DNA of 33,652 bases from Bugula neritina (taxonomy: Eukaryota; Animalia; Bryozoa). The first letter of the stretch is position 1. Every line of letters starts with the position of its first letter. The notes under the pieces are model-generated. The model did no database searches. It had not been told where the DNA came from and saw only the letters and a program-made list of their open reading frames with translations. Positions 27,218-33,652 of this stretch are shown here, piece after piece. The stretch lies in the NCBI GenBank assembly GCA_964035545.1, contig CAXIUT010000151.1:1-33652 (forward strand). Reading direction: 5' to 3'. A program made the translations under genes and the position numbers.

Positions 27218-29899
27218 ACTAGGATATATTTTAAAAAGGTGGTCAACTATTAGATAAAAAAATATTAAAGGAACTAGAAATAAAGAGATCTAGAATTTCA
27301 TAGGAAACATCATAATAATTAAACTATCTATTAACAAAGGTTTTAGAGTATCCTCAAACTGATTTGGCATAAAAGCACGGTCAGGCTAATAGACTTGGTG
27401 AAAGTGATCTAATTAAATAGGTTTAAGGTTAAAAAGTTCACAGTTAATAATCAATAAAAAAATAAAAGATATCGAATTACGATCACTGTCCTGATTGTGG
27501 TTTGATAGTTCAATAAAAACCGATTCCTCTTTGTAGTCCTTTTTATTCTTTTCCTAATATAGGAATAGCTACATACCTTCTCTTCTCAACTGTTAAAAAC
27601 ATTGCTATTTTGCTTTTACTACTTGGTTTAACATACAGTGGTTATGCTTTGTATGTGAGTATCAATGAGTCGTCATCTAGTTTGACAAGTTAGAACTTTT
27701 ATTTGAAGTTATCTTATGCTCCTGTAATACTAAATATCTAGACAAATGATGACCTTTAAAAATCTGTGTTGATATTGGGATGGTTATTGAGTGGTGTTGT
27801 GATAATATGGATGATTTCTTTGTTTGTTTTTAATTGGGCCTAAATAAAAAATAAAAGAATGATTGATAATAATACTATTACTGCAGCTGATTTCAGTATC
27901 ATGATATAGAATATTCCTTATAAATATACGGATGATCAATTGCAGAAAGCATTTAATTAGTATTATAAATAGTTGGTTGATAAAAAGTTTATTAAGGATT
28001 AGGCAAATGGAATTCATGGAAAGATAGAACCTTTTAAAATTAAAAAGGTTAGCAGATCTATTCCTTATCGTTTGTTTTAGAATTAGTAGTTGATATAAAA
28101 GATAGAATCAATCGATGATGAGCTTGATAAGTTGAAATAGATATTTGTTTAATGGGTGTAGCAGGTGAAAGATGAGAATAAGTTTGGTAGGAAAAAGTAA
28201 TCTAGATATGTGAAGTATAAAAAGTATATTCAGTTGAAGAGGTAAAAATAGTAGAGACAGAATTAGTTATAATAGGGAAATAAACATAAAAATTTATCAA
28301 AAATAGGAAAAACAACCATATTTATAACCTTTTAACGCAGTCAAAGTGCTAACTTCATCTAAGAATTAAATCCTCAATCAACCTCAGCCAAAATAAACTA
28401 CTATCTTAGTTGCTGTACAAGTGCTCACTTTTTTGAAATTAAATCATAAAAAAAGACCTTTGACATCTCAATATCAAGAGCACCTGAACCATAAGATATC
28501 AATTGGAATAACATAGGTGTAGATCAATGTTCTATTGTCTGTAGAAAGTTTTTAACATATCTTGTAACTTGTCTTCTTCTAGGAGCGTCTTTTGGTATTG
28601 TTTATGGATTGACTCATTTGCAAGTGTCTACTAATAGTTCTGTTATAGCTTATATTGTATCAGGATCGATCAGTCTGATCAATGTTCTTATTGGAAGTAT
28701 TTTTAGATTAAAATAGTTGCGATTGAGGGATTGACTAAATACTAAAGAGATTTTACCAGAACAAATCGAGAGATAAGTTATGCTTTGAAGTCTATTATTG
28801 CGCAATTAGTGAATTCAATCATAGTACCAATTATTGCTAATGTTCTTGTGAAAGACAATATATTTAAAGAAAATGGGTTAATATAATAAGTGTTTATTTT
28901 AGCTATTTCTAATGCTTTTCTTGCTCCAATTCTTCAATTAATCAACTTTGGATATATTATCAATAGAATTAAATCTTGGAACAAAAATAAGCCATGTAAT
29001 TTTGAATATATTTAGATAAAAAGATATCTTTGAATCAAGAATAGCTTAACAAATATTAGTAATATCCACCTTATGAACTTGGTCATGCCTATATTTACTA
29101 TATGAATATGTTCTATTTCACTTGTTTTTATGTCACTATGCAGCCCTACATAGTTATTCCTAGTTTATTGGGATTTTTGATGATGTATTGGGTCTAAAAA
29201 TATCGATTATTAGATAAAAGTTGTAGACCTATTCCAAGTTCATAGTTATTAGCTGATGCGATGGGTCAACTTATCTTATTTAGTCCTTTTGTTCTATCAC
29301 TAGGCAATCTTACTTGGTATCACTTTACAATTGATTATTAGTTTAGTGAATTAATTAAAATTACCCATCTTGTAACTATGGGAGTAGCTTTGTTGTTCTT
29401 TTTGATACCTTTGGATTCAATTATATAAGCTATTTGTGCTGTTCCTGATGATTAAATACTTATATTCTAGGAATGTAGACATCGTTTAGCCAGTTAGTAT
29501 GATAGGTTAAATCCTGTAACAAAGGTTGAAGGAATGAAAGTTTTTATGGAATTTATGAAAGAATACAAAAATAAATAAAGTTTGAAAGTAGTTAAAAATA
29601 CTCTTAACTAAATGACTCTTGGATTTTTTGTCTAAGATATTGAAGAAGAAGTTCATAATAATAACAATAATAACGTATTTTAAAATTTAGTTCATTAGCC
29701 ATTAAACAATCATTCAAAAGAAGCAATACTAGAAGATGTTAATTCGCCTGTTAAAAGTAGAAGAAAGAGAGGAAGAGGATAAAAAGATAAATAGGAAAGT
29801 AGTAATTTTGTTTCTATGATTTCAAATTTAGGAAAAAACAAAGTAGAGAAAGTCAGGTAATACGATAACTCAAATCCTTACAACAATTTGAAATTTTGA
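27218..29899 (+). CDS. OSCA/TMEM63 (CSC1)-like channel, 5'-truncated at the telomere junction
   Basis: TITAADFSIMIENIP, ISRAPEPEDINWNNIG, LTKYERDFTRT, LNQEELNKYEEYPPYEL and multiple TM helices. Introns 28697-28716 and 28996-29015. No ATG between the junction and the conserved region. Confidence 0.85.
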
Positions 29900-30113
29900 A
29901 TCTAATATTGATTTTCTTCTTTGTTATGTATGTTTGAAACATTAGTATTTAATAGTTAAAGAGAATTTCCTACATAAATATACTATTCTTATTTATTTCT
30001 AATATAAATATTGAAAAATAGTATATTTTTGATCAATATTTTTTTATTCAAACTAGAGGCATCTTCAAATACTTTGATAAATATTTTCGATTGTAATAAT
30101 ATTGATATTAAGT

Positions 30114-30731
30114 ATGATTGTTAAAAGCATTATTATCATTTTCACTCTTCTTGGTCTATCTCAAACAGCAACAACTTGTATAGATCCTAATTGTTTGACT
30201 TGTTCTCAACCTTCTATCTGCTAGACTTGTACTAATTCATACTACCTCAATAATTCTATTTGTAACTCTTGCTCAGCATCTATTTCTGATTGTTTAGAGT
30301 GTTCTTATGAAACTAAAACGACTTTTATTCCTTTAAAATGTACTAAATGTTTTGATGGTTACTTTTCAACATAAGATTCTTCAAGGTGTTTAACTTGTGA
30401 AACTCTGATTCCTTTTTGTTCATAGTGTGAAGATCAAAATATTGGTGAAAAAATTAAATGTAAAACTTGTCAATATGTGTATCGAACTAACTAAGATAAA
30501 TCAAGTTGTGATTTTAGTTTTAATTTTATTTTTTAAAACTACTAAATTTTTTTAGGAATACTTGTCTTTATTTTATGTATAAAATGAAATAATTTAGGTG
30601 TCATTTATACTTGTTTTTCACTTATTTTCAGAGGAATCAAGAGATGTTGTTAAAATATCAAAAATAAATTTATTCAGAAAGAAGAAACTTAAACTATGAG
30701 AGAATAATCTTTTTTAAGTAGAGAAGAATGA
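30114..30731 (+). CDS. Cys-rich (CxxC/furin-like repeat) type I membrane protein, 198 aa
   Basis: Signal peptide MIVKSIIIIFTLLGLS, repeats CIDPNCLTC..CETC..CNSC..CLEC, and a C-terminal TM. The 21-nt intron 30577-30597 contains an in-frame TGA. Confidence 0.85.
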
Positions 30732-30874
30732 TTGATAATCTCAATATTTTTTATTAATATTCTAGATAAGGTATGATTGATTTAGAATTAAATTTGTTAT
30801 TAGTAATTATTGTGTAATTCTAGTATTCTATAAAAATCTTCTTAATTGACTATTTATAGTAGAAGAAATAAAAG

Positions 30875-31615
30875 ATGTCAGTCGTAGATACTAGCTCATA
30901 AACTTCTTTAAAAGGTACTCTATATGGATCACTACGTAAGCAAAGAGAACTATCGAATCGGATAAATGTTTTACTCTTTGAAAAATAAAAAAAGCTGAAG
31001 GTCATATAGAGAAGAATAAACTTATCTCAGCAAGAACATTAACATAAATATAAAAGAATCTTATGAAATAAAAAGTATCAATTTGATTATTTAGCTCTAA
31101 AAATAATTATCAAAAGACAAGAAAGCAGAATTAAAGAATAGCAAATTTTGTAGAATATTAAAAGAGGAAATGGATCAGAGCATTTATATTAAGCAAGAAT
31201 AACTTAAAAATTCAAAACATTAGTGGTATAATAAGGCAAAACAGATAAAAAATTTACACCATATGAAGATCTAGAAGATAAAATAAAAATAACTATCTCT
31301 TAAAAACAAAACAAACAGTATGTAATAATGATGAAAGCAAATGGGAAATAGAATATAAAGAAATTTTGGAATTCAAGGACAGATCATATTCAAGAAGTGA
31401 AGAAGAAGTAATATAGGATAAAGCATCAGATGTGGATGAACAGTGTTAATAATATAAATATGCTAGAAAGAAGATAGTAGAGTCTTCTTAAAGAACTACA
31501 AGAAACGGTTCATTATAGCTAGAAGTTTCAAAATAAAAGTTTTATTGATAGCTATCTGCAGAACCAGTCTTAAATCAAAGATAGTAATGAAGAAAATAGT
31601 AACATCTTAGAATGA
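30875..31615 (+). CDS. Coiled-coil protein with an apparent -1 frame change
   Basis: LSNRINVLLFEKE and INMLERREESLLKELQET. Introns 31075-31094 and 31318-31337. Needs a frame change near the A7 run at 30987-30993. Confidence 0.6.
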
Positions 31616-31648
31616 TAATCCACACTTTTGCATATTATGTTTATAATA

Positions 31649-32785
31649 TCATTGAAATTATGGTTTTAATTGATTAGGAATCCATTATCCAAATAAGTAT
31701 TTTAGTCTACGTTAGATAGATTAGTATTTAAAAGATTATTTTGGATTAGATTTATATTGATGATAGTCATAAATTATTTTATTTTAGCTAATTAGACTGA
31801 TTTTGCCTTTGTTTTTATAAGATTTAAGACTATTTCCTTCTGGAAGTCCAAATTTACCATTTATCCATTCTTACTAGGTTTAGGTAAATATTCCACAAAG
31901 ATCAAATCCTTATTTATCTCGACCTTTACCCTCTCTTTCAATCATTATTATTTCAGGTCTATTTCTTTTAAATTGTGAAGAAATCTTTTTCTATTTGCCA
32001 TCGATTATTATATTGAAAATTTGTCTTAAAATTAATGATTATGATTTGTTAGTAAGTAGATGAAGTCTATGGACTAAATCTATTCCTTTCGATACATTCT
32101 ATTTGAAGCTAGATTGACCTTAAACAATAATTGTATCTAGATAAATAGGTAGAAATAAACTAAATAGTTTTTATCCTTGAATTCCAGCTAAATTGTACAA
32201 TCCTATGAGATCAGAACAGCTAAGAATGGGAGACCTTTTATGAACGGGAAGATCTAGTCTTCCAGGTTTAGTTCTGAGGATATTTGGTTGATATTTAAGT
32301 GAAGGATATGACTAGGAATCAAAGTATTTTAAAGGTTTTGCTCCTGAAAAAGACTATTATTGCTAATTAATACAACAATCTCCACAAAACAACTATGAAC
32401 AATACAATATAACTTTAATATTCTCCTTTATTTTATATTTTTGTTTCTTTTAATTCCAAATTAGATATTAACTTTGTTCTTTATTACTTTATTTTAACAA
32501 GAATCTTCTGAAAACTTGGATAGAAAGAATTTAAGCATGCATATCAGTTAAGAGATCATCTTTATTATTTTAGAGAATAATTGATTTCGGTAGTGTTTTT
32601 GTGCCAAAACTTATTGATACTATTTTATGTTTACTAGTTTAACTATTAAATAAAGTTATTGATGATATTACTGTGAATAGATTATTCGCATATTATTTTT
32701 TAAATTTTTTATGATATTTGCTCTTGAAAGTGTTCCAGGTTTATTCCCTTATTATTTAGGCTAGTGTGTTTTGATTTTAAAGCAT
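31649..32785 (-). CDS. ADAT1: tRNA-specific adenosine deaminase ADAT1/Tad1-like, 378 aa
   Basis: IVSISFGTK, DMHAEIL, FCGDC, LRTKPGR and LSCSD..YNLAGIQG. No dsRNA-binding domain. Confidence 0.85.
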
Positions 32786-32842
32786 GAGATAATTATATTC
32801 TTAAATTAATTTAATAAGAAAGAATAGTCTAATAATCTGGAA

Positions 32843-33652
32843 ATGAAAACTATCAACATGCCATAGTAAACTTCAATTGACAATATTGGATAATAGCTGA
32901 CTATTCATGATATATATCTAAGATAATCAATTCAAAACAATACAACTATTCCTCATCGACATTCAATTCCGATAAAGAAAACTTTTTAGTACCAATCAGC
33001 TCAACTAAAATCACCCAATATGATGAATTAAAAGATAGATAGTTCTAGATATTTTACAAATAATAATCAAAGTAGAACTGAGGCTGGTTCTAAATCAAAA
33101 TAGAAGAAAATTTATTCATTAGCGTATTCTAAGCGAGATGGTTCTTTGAAAAGTGAGAATTCTGTATAAAAGAAGAGAAAGATAAATTTGAATTTAAGAT
33201 TAAAAACAAAACCATTCTAAATAAGTTAAAACAACAAGTATAATAAATAATTTAGTACTTATTCCCATAATAGATAAAAATAAATACAACTTTAAAACAA
33301 AATATTCAGCTTTAGTTATAAAAGGATTGTATTCCAGTAAAGGGAGAGAGAAACGTTCTTAAGATTCATCAACCGATGTTTCATAATAGACATCCTCTTC
33401 AATAAAATCATAAAATAGATGGAAGCTCGTTATCTAGAATTATCATGCATCGAGTCAAATATTCAAAAATTGTATGATTTAGTTTTTTTGTTACATCCTC
33501 AGTTATCATCCATAGAAATTTAATTAATATAAATACTAACTCTTCTGATTTACTATCATTATATTATGCATAAGTTTATCCATATCGTCGCGAAGACTGC
33601 CATCATCTTCACCATTGCCTTCGTTATTGTTAAAATTGGACTCTATAAACAG
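32843..33652 (+). CDS. Hypothetical protein, partial (runs off the window), hydrophobic segment at the end
   Basis: Open frame from ATG 32843 to the window end with no TGA. Confidence 0.55.

Overview
AT-rich, gene-dense ciliate macronuclear DNA. Conserved motifs show that TAA and TAG both encode glutamate (peritrich-type code, NCBI table 30) and that TGA is the only stop, so the supplied ORF track is largely misleading. Re-read with this code, the window holds about 19 tightly packed genes interrupted by tiny introns, 19 of 22 exactly 20 nt. The genes include CFAP52-like, a giant USP, a kelch protein, a catalytically degenerate PPKL, a Rab, a gamma-CA, NDUFAF6, an Aurora-like kinase, a pseudokinase, Nup93-like, OSCA/TMEM63-like, a CxxC surface protein and ADAT1. 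There are five short C4A2/T2G4 telomere tracts. Bases 1-11610 form a complete telomere-to-telomere three-gene minichromosome. Four further fragments follow head-to-tail, each fused from a telomere end into the middle of a gene. All five tracts end in the same register (...GGGGTTGGG-3'). All translations were done by hand and gene names come from motif recognition, not database searches.
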